A stretch of 64,000 nt of DNA, from assembly GCF_009914755.1 (NCBI RefSeq), contig NC_060927.1, one strand, 5' to 3'. The position numbers and the translations under genes were made by a program. The DNA is from the human T2T-CHM13v2.0 reference genome, Homo sapiens. This document shows positions 1 to 13,547 of the stretch, in pieces; the stretch's first letter is position 1; each line of letters opens with the position of its first letter. The notes under the pieces were generated by a model, which saw only the letters and a list, made by a program, of their open reading frames with translations, was not told where the DNA came from and did no database searches.

Positions 1-370
1 ATAGTTTGGGGTTCAAGGTTAGAGATCAGTGTTGTGAAAGGCAGCGGGAGGAAGCAGGATTGAGCAGAGGAAGCAGTCAAAGCATGATGCAGGTCTGTCA
101 AAGCCTCAGCCAACCCAGCAGGGAGCTCTGGAGTGAGCAGAGCTGGTAAGAATTGTCTTTCATCCAGAGAAATGGCTGGGCTTTTGTTCCCTGCCTCACT
201 GGGATGTGGGCTGCCCTGGGAATGGTGTAGATTTGGCCAAGGCAGCTCCCTGGAGCTGTGGCTGACTCTGAAGGAGCTGACAGCTGTAGGCTACCTGCTG
301 ACTGCACTCCTAACAGCTAGGCAGCAAGTCCTTCCTTGAAGGGGAATTTAGGTAGCCATGTCTACCATAA
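1..370. mobile_element. Ancient ERVL/MaLR-type LTR fragment (family not resolved)
   Basis: Motifs such as GGGAGCTCTGGAG...AAATGGCTGGGC...GGATGTGGGCTGCCCTGGGAA...GAAGGAGCTGACAGCTG resemble old ERVL-class LTR consensus (recalled, not searched). Confidence 0.45.
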
Positions 371-391
371 ACAGGAAGCCCACTATAGGTT

Positions 392-1525
392 AAAAAAAAC
401 AGCTTTATTAAGACATAATCCATGTAACATAAAATTCACCCATTTAAAGTATACAATTCAGTAACTTTTATTATATTCAGAGTTGTACATCCATCACCAC
501 TATTCATTTAGAACATCTTCATTACTACCAAGAAAAACTCTGCTCCCCTTAGCTGTCACCTCTCAGTCCCCTCATCACCTTCATTCCTAGGCAACCACTA
601 ATTTACTTTCTGTGCCTATTTTGGACACTTTATATACATGAAATCATACAACATGTGGTCATTTGTGACTGACTTTTGTCATGTAGCATAATGTTTTCAA
701 AGTTCATCAGTGTTGAAGCATATATGAGTTATTCATTTCTTTTTATTGCTAAATAATATTCCATTATATGAATATTATTTATCCATTTATCAGTTAATAG
801 GCATTTGAGTTATTTACATGTTTTGACTATTATAAATAATGTGCTATAAATACTCAGGTGCAAGTTTTTGTGTTGATGTGTTTGTATGCATGTGTTTTTA
901 TTTCTCTTGATATGAATTCCTAGAAGTGGAATTGGATCATATGGTAGCTCTATTTAACTGTCTGAAGCCCTGCCAGACTGTTTTCCAAACAGCTACCCCA
1001 TTTTACATTCCCACCGGTAGTTTATGAGAATTCCAGTTTCTTCACATCATTGACGATACTTGCTATTATCTGTTTTTTGATTATAGTCATTCTAGTGGTG
1101 TGAAGTGATATCTCCTTGTGGTTTTGATTTACATTTTCTTGATGGCTAATAATGTTGAACATCTTTTCATGTGCAGAAATATCTATTAAAATCCTTTATT
1201 CATTTAAAAATTGTGTTATTTGTCCTTTTATCATTGAGTTGTAATCATTCTTTTTAGGCTCTAGATTCAAGTCCCTTATCAGATACACAGTTTGCAAATA
1301 TTTTTCTCCCATTCTGTGAGTTGTCTTTTCACTTTATTAATAGTGTCCATTGAAGCACAGAAGTTTTAAATTTTTGATGATGCTCAGCTTATCTATTTTT
1401 TCTTTTATCATTCATGCATCTGGTGTCATATCTAAGAAATCATTCAATAATCTAAGGTCATGAAGGTTTATACCTATGTTTTCTTCAAAGAGTTTTATAG
1501 TTTAGGCTTTTAAATTTAGGTCTTT
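392..1525 (-). mobile_element. Old LINE-1 3' region (L1MB-like)
   Basis: Starts with CAGCTTTATT...CATAAAATTCACCCATTTAAAGTATACAATTCAGT (reverse L1M 3' end) and continues with decayed antisense ORF2 3' sequence (TTTTACATTCCCACC, GTGGTTTTGATTTACATT, CCCTTATCAGATA). Confidence 0.85.
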
Positions 1526-2077
1526 TTTACTTTAACAATTCCAAGTTACAGCAAAAGAATCTCAGCAAAATATTTCATATTGAAATTTTGGCAGTAGCAG
1601 CAATGTGACCAAGTAATAATAGGGCTTAGAGTGGACCAAAAAATAAGAGCCTGCCTTCTGTCCTATTCTTCCCAGAATAGAGAGAATTCAGAAGAATGTG
1701 AACCACACGTGTCCAGTTCCATTTTCCTCAGCTCACATCTTTCAATAAGCCCACTCCACCCTGGGGTAGAGGAAGAGGGCTGGGTAAGTTCCTCCCAAAC
1801 TTCCCCCTTCTGGAGCATTAACGGTTTCTCTCTCTCAGACCTAACTTAGATGAGCATTTATTGGCAGGAATTATGTTCATAATGTATTACTAAATGAAGA
1901 TTATTTCAAAGCAATATGGATGGGGGGGGTGTATATACCACCCCAAAGTGTTAGTAGTGCTCAACTCTCATAAGTAGGATTAGGAATGTTTTTAATCTTG
2001 TCTTTCCCTACCTGTACATTCTAACATTTATAATTCAAATAATAAAAAACAGCTTTTGTAACAAGAAAAAAAAGTAG

Positions 2078-2136
2078 ATTTAGATCTTTGATTCATTTTG
2101 AGTTATTTTTAGATGTAGTATGAGGTAGGGGTCCAA
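2078..2136 (-). mobile_element. Short continuation of the same old L1
   Basis: TTTAGATCTTTGATTCATTTTGAGTTATTTTT...TGAGGTAGGGGTCCAA is the L1 consensus sequence that follows the break at 1525. Confidence 0.6.
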
Positions 2137-5100
2137 ATAAGGATATTCAGATGTCCTAACCACCATAAAAAAAAAAGCTATTGAACATATATATTCTGTA
2201 TGCAGCATTATATTGGGCACTATAGGATACAGAGCCACTGTCTTCTTTATGGCTTCTATTTTCCAATTCTTATTCACTAGAACATTTACCTGTAAAATTT
2301 TATTTATTTTTTGCTAGTATTAAAGTGTTGAATAGAATAATGGTCATGCACAGAGTATTTAAAATATACATCTTAAGTATTCTTTCATGGTTGATCTGTC
2401 CATTATACAGTTCATTTTGAGTAGGTTTGTTTAAGCACCTATGAATTCAGGAAAAATGGATTGGCTACCTGGTATTTGCCAGACATTGAATTAGGTGCCA
2501 TAGAGACAAAGAAATGTAAAACATGCTTTTTTTTTTTTCTGTCATTGAGCTCACAGTCTAGTGGGAGAGAGTGACATATTCTTAAGAAATGTCGGCTATC
2601 TAAACCATCATCCTAGCTCACACCAAATCATCCTGTCTGTGACATTCTAAGAGATTTACTGAAATCATGATTTGTCTTTGGAATTCCTTCTATTTAGTAT
2701 ATCTCTAATCTTATTAAGGGAAATGATGTTTTTCTTTCTTTGCATCCTATGCTGGCTTCTGATGTTCACCGCTTCAGATTCCATGTGATTACAAACCATT
2801 GTAAATAAATCTGTTTCAGACCTTTGGCAAGATGCAATTTTATACTTATTTGTCCATAGTTCCTAGTCATAGAGAGCTACTCTCTCTTCTACCCTGCCAT
2901 TTTTGTTAATTGGGCAAAAATTATCCATTTCCAATCTTCAATTTCCTTTACTATCTTCTGTGATCACTAAATGTTTACCTATAATGTAAAAATTTACACC
3001 GAAATTGACTTTCCTTGCTAATTTAAAATTAGTCAGGAAAAATTTTCAATCTTACATATGAAACATTTTCCATAGTAGTCTTTTTTTCCAGCACAGTTAG
3101 GTGTAATCACTTATGAGTGGACCATGTATGGCAGGGAGATATACTCCAAAATTAAGAGCTGTAATTAAGAAATTACACTATACAAGGTAGAAAAACAACA
3201 ATTTTCTTAAAAAAAATAAGGTGACTCTATAATTTAATGAAATGGGGAAATATATAAGGGAGAGTATAAAGACTTTGCAATTATCTAATCTTTAAAGTAT
3301 AGCATATGTTTTCGGTTCTAAGGTTACTAGTAAATATGGCAAAACTTATCTGAATCTCAAAACTTCTTATATTAAAATAGATATACTTTGGTCTGAGGCA
3401 TGGTGCAGATTTATAGATGTCTTTCCTACCTTCCTTCTCAAATTCCAGCCTCCTTTTGGCTACTCGGATTCTGGGGGTCTGATTATATCTTATTTCCTAT
3501 GAACTGGCCTAATTGGCCTTCTTGTTTCCTCTCAGAGCAAATTCCTTTTTTTTTTTTTTCTAGTTTAAAACTCCCAGAATTCATTGAGTCCTCACATTTA
3601 ACCAGGATTTCTCATCTGAGGGATGTGCCTTATTCACAGAATGGCAAAGTATTTGACGTGTTCCCTTTTTCAGCTCAACTTACTTATTCTCACAACCCTG
3701 GGTAATTTGAAGATATGGAATTACCAGAGAATGTAATGTTTCCTCAAAGTTTGAGGATTTTATAGAATGAGTGAATCTTTCTGTGAATGAGTGAATCACC
3801 TATCATTGCAGATAATGCACACAGCAGAAGTTTGCAAGATTGTACTGATTCATTATTACTCAGGACATTCTTTAAAATTACTTTAAAAATTACATCCATG
3901 ATGTCTAATTTTTTGTCCGTTTTCTCCTTTTAAAAATACAGAGCCATAGATCCCAGCCTCCTATGAACAGATATTTTAATGTAATAAGAAAATCCAGGAA
4001 ATGGGAAATGCTTTTGTAAAAACCACAAAAACAAATGATTATAATCCAAATCCACCAATGTTTCTAACTCATGATTAGAAGGAAAATATTTTAAGTCTTT
4101 CCCCTTATTTTCATATGCAGTCAAAGAATTATGTAAGTGGTATTTATTGTAAATTCACTGTTTATACTTCACCATGATGAGAGGAGCACTCTATCTGAAA
4201 TCATTATGAATTATTGTTGGGAGGAAGAACAGCCAGAATAAGTGATTAAAAAAGAGAATAAGGCAAGGGTCTGGTGGGGATAGGGTGCGGAGCTGCAGCT
4301 GCTATCTCAGCGTGAGAACAGAGACCTGTTATGCACGCAGGAGGAACACATGGTCTGCTTCCATCCTTGCAGAGCCCTTATTTCCGCTGAGTTCTCTGCT
4401 GACTCTAGTTCTCAGTCCAAAAGGAATTGGCACAATGTTTACTACCTGGAGGGATCAGAAATAAAGACCAACCCCCCCATGGTGCCTCTGAACAAGTAAG
4501 CTTAGAAAGCCGCAGAAGGGGAGACAGATTGCTAATAGCAAAGGGGTGGGGCGTGGCTTCTGTAGTATGGTCCTAAGGGAATTCTATCTATGGGCAACCA
4601 GGAAGAAGGAAGAGTAAGATCTCTGCCATACAAATATCTCATTGCCTGGGTAGAAACTGGTTGAGATAATGGCCCTGTGTTTGTATACCATTTAGAGGAC
4701 TGCTTAGGAAAAATGGGCACATAGAAACAGCCATTCCTTTGTTGGAAATTGCCTTTTGGCAATTTCTTTCCCTTGGCATAGTGAGCCTTCATTTTTCACA
4801 TAAAATGCACTGGCACCTAGACACAAAACTCCTTGGAAATACCCCTGAGTGCACTTTCTGGGACATGCCAGGTTCATGGCAGCAACTTGGGATCACAGAA
4901 CTTTTGAATTAAAAAACCAGAAGGGGCCTTAGAGGTCACCCAGTCAGCTGTGTATGCCCAACAGATTCTGGGTGAATCATGAGTTTTCATCAAGTTGGGC
5001 ATCTGCCTGTGAATTTGGATGATGTCACTTCAGTGCTGACAAATGAGCAGCCTGGCTAGAGCCAACACTTGTGTGGGATGCTTCATCCACAGGCGTTAGC

Positions 5101-5967
5101 TGGTTAATTTGATGATAAATTAGTTCTTTCTGACTCAGTGGACTGCAGCACCAGCAGTTTTGCCTAGTCTGGGCTTCATTTACCTGTCACTGTCACTGTG
5201 ATTGCTGGGTCTCTGAGTTCTTCCTTTTCCCGCTCTACTGATGCTAACTTTTTAGTAGACTAGCTAATTGGTTCACTCTTCTCTCCTCTGCCTAGTCCCC
5301 TCCAGCCAACTGCCTTCTCACAATCTCTGTCTTCAAATCAGGGAAAAGGAGGAGTAGAGATCAGGTGTCATGTCTGAGGATGAGGGCTGGTGGTCCACCT
5401 TCTCCCCAACTAAAGTTCTTCCCTTCTCTTCTGATGTCAGGATCTCTCCATTCCTCTCATCCCCTTCCTCAGCAGCATATTGGGAGGATTAGGCAATGGA
5501 AAGAGATGTATTTAGTCTAACTTCAGTCTACAGGTCAGGGACTGGGATCAGTCCTTGCACGAAGAGGGCATCGCAGAGATTTAGCTCCAAAGAATACTCT
5601 GAAGTCAGGTGAAGATACCATTGTCTGCATCCTTAAGTTAAGGTGACCTCCTAGCTATGGAAGCAATGAAGCAGAGGTGGGGCAGGCTGCAGGCCTTTCT
5701 CTTAAACTCACTTGGCCAAAACCTGTCTCCTAACTTGAGGACACGTGCCTGAGAAAGATAAAGGAATGTTGACAGAAACAAGATAGACTATGTGACTGAG
5801 ATAAACCAAAACAGGAAAAGACAAATTTCACGTTGGAGATGAAAACAAGCAGTGTCTGTCCCCTTCCATCTCTGAACCAACAAGTAATTCTAATCTTGTC
5901 AAAAAACCTTGAAAATTATGATAGTTAAATATCAGTAATAAGGGGGAAAATACCCATATATTCTGAA

Positions 5968-6100
5968 TCAGTAATTTTCAAGCTTGGCTTCACATTGAAA
6001 TCATCTAGGGAGCTTTAAAAAGTACTGATGCCTTTGTCCCACTCTCAGAAATTTTGATTCAATTGGTTTGGAGTGCTGGCAAGACATTGGGATCTTTCAA
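5968..6100. mobile_element. MER5-family hAT-Charlie DNA transposon fragment
   Basis: CAGT...TCAAGCTTGGCTTCACATTGAAATCATCTAGGGAGCTTTAAAAAGTACTGATGCC...GATTCAATTGGTTTGG. Confidence 0.7.
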
Positions 6101-6489
6101 AAAGGAAATTATCATATGCAACAGCGTAACTTTCCAGAGATTAATTTTTTTCTTTTCTTTAGGGAGAGAGGCACCATAAAAGCACCATGGAATCACCTTA
6201 GGCCTCTCCTTCAGAAGGGAAATTACTGTGGAATCTGAAGGTGGTTTCTTTCAGACAGGCAGGTGGATAGGAGTTCTTAGAGTCTGAACTCAACAGTTGC
6301 TGTCTAGAATAAGGGGGTTATAATTAGATGCTTTGCATTTTGACAGTTCAAAAGCAAAGGCTACATAACCCTTAGCTGCAGATTCCCAGATAGAGAAAAG
6401 GGATAGCAGCTGAGGGTCCCCTAATGTCCTGGCAGGTATCTGTAAACGGCTCTTATCTTTGCTTTTCCTGCTGTGTACCTGAAATTTCC

Positions 6490-6780
6490 CACTTCCTCTT
6501 ATCAAGTTTCTAGCTCAAATATCAACTACCCTCCCTGAAGCTTTTCTAGCCACCTCAGGTAAAATTAATCTGTTTTGCATTCCTAGAGTGCTGCATGCAT
6601 ATTTCTATTCCCGCACTTGTCACCTTATATTACAGTTACTTGTTTACATGCTTGTCTTCCTTCACAGCTAGACTCTGAACTTCCTAAAATCAGAGACTTC
6701 ACTTTTCATCTTTATATAATAAATGTCAAGACATAAATGACTTTTGATAGGTGCATAACAAATATTTATGGAATTAATCA
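6490..6780 (+). mobile_element. L2 3' fragment
   Basis: CTAGACTCTGAACTTCC...CATCTTTATA...AAATATTTATGGAATTAAT matches a typical L2 3' end. Confidence 0.55.
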
Positions 6781-7304
6781 GAAATAATAAGCTAGGTTCT
6801 TAGAGAGTCCAGAATTCTATTTCACTTACAATGTAATTGAAATAAATGTACAAGTAATGAATGGTAGAAAGCAGTAATGTAGAATAATTTTTTTGTCTTT
6901 AAAGTACCATGAAATTTGTTTAAATACAGAATAAATAAGAACATAAAATGCATAAGGCAGAAATTTCCCAACATGCCATCAGTCAGTGGTCCAGGGGTTT
7001 GGAGCATCGTGTGCAGAAGGGTAGAAGAGTGGCTGGAGGTGAGGCTGGGGACTGGGGATACTACCTGGAGCTCACTGTGGGAAGCTGTGTGTGATATGGG
7101 AGGCATTTGGACCTTGAGGGGGTCCTCTAAGCAGGAAATGACAAAATTAGATTTGTCATTGGTTTAGAAAAGGATCAATCTCTGGCTTTCTGGTGGATTT
7201 ACCATAACATGGTAAAGTGGGAAGACCAGGGAGGAGTTTACTGTCCAGGCGAGTGATTGGAAAATGCGTCTTCTATTCCTGTTCCAAATAATAGGCCTCC
7301 CAAT

Positions 7305-7695
7305 TGTTTTAGGCTTAATTGTGTCTCCCCCAAAATTCACATGTTGAAGTCCTAACCCCCTAGTACCTCAGAATGTGACCGTGTTTCAAAATATTTAAAG
7401 GGGTAATTAAATTAAAATAAAGAAAATTAGGGTTAGCCCTAATGCAATATGACTGATTTCCTTATAAGGAAAGGACATTAGGACACACACACACACACAC
7501 ACACGCGCGCGCGCGTGCGCGGAAAGCCATATGAAGATATGGGGAGAACACAGCCATCTGCAAGTCGGGAGAAAGGTCACAAGAAGCCACCCTGCAACAC
7601 ACCTTGATCTTGATTTCTGGCTCCCAGAATTGTGAGAAAATACATTTCTTTATTGTTGTATTCATTTGTTAGAGATACCATAGCAAACTAATACA
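7305..7695 (+). mobile_element. MLT1A/B-like MaLR solo LTR
   Basis: TG...AATTGTGTCTCCCCCAAAATTCACATGTTGAAGTCCTAACCCCC...ACCTCAGAATGTGACC start and AGCAAACTAATACA end. Confidence 0.85.
7483..7521. repeat. (CA)n(CG)n compound microsatellite inside MLT1
   Basis: ACACAC...ACGCGCGCGCGCGTGCGCG read directly. Confidence 0.95.
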
Positions 7696-9449
7696 TCAAG
7701 AAACTCTTAGGACATAATTTATTGTTAAGTTCTATGCTGCTCTTATGTATTATTTTTCACTACCTTAAGCCCTAGGTCTTGAAGCAGTTTGTGGGGCAGA
7801 GAACAGACATTTTAGCACACAGTCTTTCACTAAACTTTAAAATAACATATGCTAGAAGTGCCCCCTAGAAACCTAGGGTTTGAGCAAACAATATGAAACC
7901 TTGAAGAAAGATAATTTTTCATCTTAGATTTTCTTTAATGGATATATTAGAAATTGATATTTATCATTTTCTGCCCCATCCCCATTCAACCCCAAACATG
8001 CACTCATATACATTTAACCACATATTCTATTGAGAGAATCTGCAATATAGCTCTAGTGGCTCCGTTGGTAGCAAATAACCCTGTTTTACTTTGCTTGGCT
8101 ACAGTGACCACAGGGGTGTCATTTGACTCAAAGAGAACTAATGTACAGACTGAGCTGACTGAGCAGACTCTCTCTCTCTCTCTCTTTCTAATTTGAACCA
8201 AGAAAGCTAGAAACTGAGGACATTAGTAGCTGAATAGTGTTTATGTTGGAAACAGAATGACTATTGCTGAAGTTTCCTGATTTGCTTGGTTTTTCTGAGG
8301 CCTCTTGATTTGTAGATCTGTATCGTTATAATAAGCCCCCTTTACTTGAGCCACGTTAAGTAGATTTCTCTTCCCTGCAAGCAAATGTGCCATAATACAA
8401 AGGATAAAATTAATTCTAAAGCTGAGGTTAAGCTTTAGAGACTAAAACCATGAATAACCACAGATATATCCTGAAATATATGTAATTCCATATATCTTTT
8501 TATTCTCTAGAACAAGACACAAAGCCTATACCACAAAGAGGGGGAGGAAAAACTAAGGTGGTAAAGTAGCTGCTTCCATGATTCATGTAAACTTTACTTT
8601 TAATCTTCTCAATTTTCATTTAAATATGAGTATGTATGTATGAATATATACATATGCAAAATATACCAGAAAAATTGATAGTTTTACTTGGGAAAAGAAA
8701 AAAGGCAGAGGATATGGAATTGAAGCATGAAGTTCCATGATACACACAGAAAGCAATTTCAAATCTACCCCTATAATACTGACACAGTTGAAACTGAAAG
8801 GTCTTATCTAAACCCATGTATTATTCTGAATAAGGAAAATTTTAGTAGCTTTCTGAATTGCAACTGAATTCCTAAATGTGAGCATTTAAATCATTCTTAA
8901 TTATCTGAAAACACTTGGTGAGGTGATTTTGAAGTGTGAGTTATTTTCCTCTCCTCTCTGACTCAGTTTTGCAAAGCAAACATTGCTTTTTATGGGCACT
9001 GTCATAGATTCAGGCTAATGGCCCAGCTTCCTTTTCCTCATTAGAGGACGTACAAGGTTTGGGGAGGCTTTCTGGATTCAGCTAAACTACATTTCAAGGC
9101 AGGGCTCTGCATTCAACATTAGATCTGAGAATGGGATTCTATGTGGAGGAGGGATGGCCCTCCAAGGGACAGGCCTGGGCGCTTTCCTCTTCCTGACCAG
9201 GACTGATTGCCCTGCAGATGGCCCCCTGACTGGCTTTTCTTAGGAGAAGAGAGAAGCCAGGCAAGCGGCATTTGGCCTTCCCTTTATAGCATCTGTGACA
9301 GAGAAAATAATTAAAAACCAAATATTAAGTGATCAGTCTAGAGTCAGAAACATGGAGGCCAGGCTGACTCAGAGGACAGAGGAAACAAAGGCATAAGGTG
9401 AAGTACTAACCATATATAGACAAGACAAGATGGTCTGGTGTTTATGTGC

Positions 9450-9660
9450 ACAGGTACTGAGTCAGCCTGCTGGGGCTCAAACTCCAGCCTGCTGTTTGTT
9501 TATAAGTTTCTTGACTTCCCCAAGTCCTAATTTTCCCGTCTAGATAGACAGTGGTAATAATAGTACCTACCTCATAATGTTGTTAATTAAATGTGATAAT
9601 ATATGTAAGATGATTTGCATTCCATCTCATGTGTGACAAAGGTTTTATGTTATTAATATA
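9450..9660 (+). mobile_element. MIR SINE
   Basis: GAGTCAG...GGGCTCAAACTCCAGC...AATAATAGTACCTACCTCATA...ATTAAATGTGATAATATATGTAA core. Confidence 0.7.
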
Positions 9661-11009
9661 AAGCTTGCCAACCTAGAGGAGAGACATGCTGTGGAGGGGA
9701 GCAGGGCCAGGGGCCATAACACAGAAGAGAGATGGGGCAGCATAGGCTGCATCTCACACCACCTTGTTCTCTACCTGCATTTGGCACAGAGGTAAGCCGT
9801 GTTCCTCTGGCTGGGCAGCTGCATCAACACATAATAAAATAAGAGATTTGGAGAACTCTTCAGAAAGCAAAGAACAGCTGTGCCTTTCTCCTCCGTTTAG
9901 CTTATTTTTGTTCCCCATGAAGGCCACTCTAGCTACTGAGATTAAAAACAACATCCCTCTCTCCCCCCGCAAAAAAAAAAAAAAAAAAAAAAGAAAACTT
10001 TTTCTCCAGTGAACCAAGAGATTTAAGTAGCAGCTCCAGTGACAGAATATCTGGCTGGCTGTCTGGCTCCTGTGTGCTGGCGCCTCTCCATTCCCGCCCA
10101 TCCCCATCCTAGTTTTGGCTTTCCTAGTCAGACTTCTCTGCATAGCAGCAGAGGGTGTGCTCAGCAGCTCTGCCCAATGACTGATGGACCTGCAGCAGCC
10201 CCCGCGGAGGAGGCCAGGCTGTGATTCAGACTTCAGAGCATATTTGGAGGGTATTGCTTCTCAGCTGCCAGTAACTGCATTAGACTTGCACTTGGTTAGT
10301 GATGGGCACTTTGTGGTTACTTTTCTGATTAATAACTTATCTTACCTATATGACCCTCTTTCCAACTACCCTTTATTTTTGCCCCCTCTCCCCTTATATC
10401 TATTTCCTTGTTTGTCCTTGTGAATAACTACATATTTCAATGTCTTTGGATATAAATTCCTCTCTCTAATCTGATGGACACACAAAACTTAATTGTGAAT
10501 CCCTTTGGGAAAGTCCCATTTAATAACAGACAAGGCTGCCCCATGGAAGCCCCTATAAGCCCAAAGCCTGTCTAGTGGGGAAAGAGGGTCCTCAGCTGAC
10601 CTATACATCTCATAGATGTTTCATTCAGCCCTCAGGTTCCCAGATTCAGGGGACCCTCAGTACGATCACATGTGCTATCAGACTATTCTTTCCAGAGCCT
10701 GGAACTCTGAGCCTTCAGGGACAGGTCTGGTACCTCTCCTTTTGTGCTATGATTGTGTACACACATATTGTGTTTTTCAAAAATGGTGGTTGGCAATGCA
10801 CACATACCTGTAGTTGATTGTGACTGAGATATTTATAACATAAGGACTAGACTAGAGCACTAGAGTTCAACAAAGTTTTCGCAGAGATTGTTGTAGTGAA
10901 AGTGAGTGTGGAGAATCAAGTTGGCAGGCTCTGAAGACCCCACCCCTATTCAACAGGAAAAATTCCGCTTGACGAGTTTTGCATATTTGGTTCTGTGCTG
11001 GATATCTTC

Positions 11010-11510
11010 TGTTTGCTTGTTTAAATCCATTCTCTGTCCTTTTCATCTTGTCTTTTGTCTCGGGAGGCTGACTTCTATGGATTGCATTAATTGAACTTCC
11101 TTGACCTTTAGCTTTCTATTGGGTTCAGCCAATGGAAGAAGCAGCAGTAGATTGGAGGGCCGAAGGAGAGAGAAGCAAGGGTATTTCTTTTCCAGATTCC
11201 TTAATTTCTAGGTTGTTGTTGGCAATGGCTTCATTCCTCTACCAAAGCCCACCTCTCTTATTTGGTGGCCCTCTCCCATAGCTTCAGTTCTTGCCAGGTC
11301 TTGATCATCACTCTGCCCTCTTTCTTGCACCTTCAGGCCTAGGGGTGGCAACACCATTCCTGGCCCTGAGGTACTCTCACCTTCCCTTGTAGTTTTCCCT
11401 TTATCCCACCCAGACCTTTGTGAATAGCCCCTTCATTAAACCCTATTCACTTACCCTTTTTGAGTTTTCCTTCAGTTTGAATTTGTCATGCTAGGACTAT
11501 GACTGATCCA
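11010..11510 (+). mobile_element. LTR33-like ERVL solo LTR
   Basis: GGGAGGCTGACTTCTATGGATTGCAT...GGGTTCAGCCAATGG...CCCTTCATTAAACCC...GGACTATGACTGATCCA. Confidence 0.7.
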
Positions 11511-11754
11511 GTCTTCTATTGTAAGGTTTTGTTTAGTAAAATATTTTGCTGCTAAATGAAATTTGTGAAACCATGGCACTGGACAATCAGAAGCATTGTG
11601 AGAACAAATGTCATGTTCTTTGTGGGTGTAAATTACCCAAGATAGCTAAAGCAATGTCTTCAAAAAACCATTAAATTTGTGATCTTTACTATATAGTTTA
11701 AAGTTTATATTAAGGAATATATTTAATTCAGTACTAAATTTATTAACTAAATCA

Positions 11755-11990
11755 ACTTTGGAATCAGACAGGCTTGCAGCCTGACTCTGGCACTTACCAG
11801 TTCTTTAATCTTGAGTAAGCTATTTAACCTCCCCAAGCCTCAGTTTTCTTATCCGTAAGATAGAAGTAATAACATTCTCTAGTTCATGGAACTGTTATGA
11901 GAATTAAATGAGATGGTATATATAGAGTGCTTAATGCTGAGCTTGATACTTAGCTTGATGCCCAATAAACTTTAATGTTTGCTATTATTA
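11755..11990 (+). mobile_element. MIR SINE
   Basis: TTGGAATCAGACAG...TTTAACCTCCCCAAGCCTCAGTTTTCTTATCCGTAAGAT...GAATTAAATGAGAT. Confidence 0.8.
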
Positions 11991-12289
11991 TTTATAATAA
12001 TAATATGGTTAAGAATATATCAAACCAGCAAAAGTGAGCCATTTGAAGAAAGAATAGTTTGAAAATCTAAAGGTCTGGGTGGGGAAACAACAAGTGCTTC
12101 ACTTAGACAAAGACCAGACCTGGTTCTGCCCACCTCTTGCAAGCATCTAAATCAGCCTTCCTGTCCAAAGATCTGTGGTGAAACAACATGCATTCTGGGC
12201 CATCAGAGATTCCCTGGCAATAACAGTAAATTAAGACAGGCATATAAGGCAGAGAAAGCAGCAGTCACCTGTGGAAGTTGTAGAGAACC

Positions 12290-12595
12290 TCCTTCAAATC
12301 TTGGTTCAAATGTTATGCTTTCAATGAGACCTACCCCAGACCTACTAAAAACTGACTCACACCCAATCCCCGGAGCTCCTGATCTCCCATGTCCTACTCT
12401 ATTTGTTTTCTTCACTCCATTGCGCCCTTCACCTCCTAGCATACCATACAATTGGTTTATTTATTTATTACATTTTCTGCTTTCTGTCTCTCTCTTTCAG
12501 CTAGAATATAAGCTCCATGACAGCGGGACATTTTTGGCATGTACACAGATGTTTTCCAACTCAGTATTCAATAAATATTTGTTGAATGTTGTTGA
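12290..12595 (+). mobile_element. L2 3' fragment
   Basis: CTAGAATATAAGCTCCATGA...ATTCAATAAATATTTGTTGAATG. Confidence 0.7.
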
Positions 12596-13547
12596 GTCAT
12601 CTCTGCATTACATTGTGTATGACATTTGGCTATCCAAGGATGCCAAGTGATAACCACTGGATGATTATTTGATTGTATTCAATGGATGTTTACATCAGTT
12701 TTACAAATTAGTCATCATTTATGACTGGTCCCGCACTCGAATTATGTCTGCTTAAAAGTCTGGTACAAAGTGAGCACTCAATAGGTGTTAGTCCCCCCAT
12801 GTTGTGTAACTATGTGTTGTATTTAGCTTTTTTTTTTAAATTAGTTTTCATGTACGGGTATCTGTGTGGGTGGGTACACTGCAAAGCACATCTGTGCTTC
12901 CACACAGTGTTAAAAGCTCTTAACTATCTGTCTGCAGCTTATCAGAGAGAAGACAATAATTGCTTCTTTAGTATTCCCTTTTCACTTTGAGTGTTCTCCC
13001 TCATTTCCTTCCTTCCTCAGTTTTCCTAAGTTTTAGCCATTTAGTTTGTTTTCCATACGGAATTGTTGATAGCATGGAAACTAGCAAAATCCAACAAAAA
13101 AATTTTTAAATCCATTTAGGTCCTGTTTGTACCATTTTTTTCCCTATTAGAAAGCCTCATGATTCCTGTCCAAATTATCTTCTAGGATAATTAGGAGCCC
13201 TTTCACTTGCTTTCTTCTGATTGAAGGTGGGATTGAAGATTGATTTGATAGTTCATAGCAATAAGTTCAAAGGCATAGTCCAAAAAGCTGGAATTAAGTC
13301 CCAAACAAAGGATTTATGATGGAGGATACATGATATTGAGTGGAAGTATTTTGGAAGGGGAAACCAGAGTTTTCTGACTCAATGAGAAGAAAGCTTTTAA
13401 AGGATACCTGTAACATGAACTGTTAAGGGTTCTCATCTCTTCTGGAAGGCTATTACCTGTTTCCTGAAGACCCGTGGAGATAAGGGATAACAAATAGGTT
13501 CTATGTTATGGGTCAGCTGAGTTTGGTCATGGTAGTAGTTGACAGGA

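Noticed and set aside
3010-3040. Imperfect AT-rich palindrome TTTCCTTGCTAATTT-A-AAATTAGTCAGGAAA
   Set aside because: 13/15 match in AT-rich DNA, which is plausible by chance.
3765-3797. 13-bp direct repeat GAATGAGTGAATC x2, and a similar 18-bp tandem duplication at 47388-47423
   Set aside because: Two-copy local slippage duplications. They are not arrays and have no CRISPR-like spacer structure.
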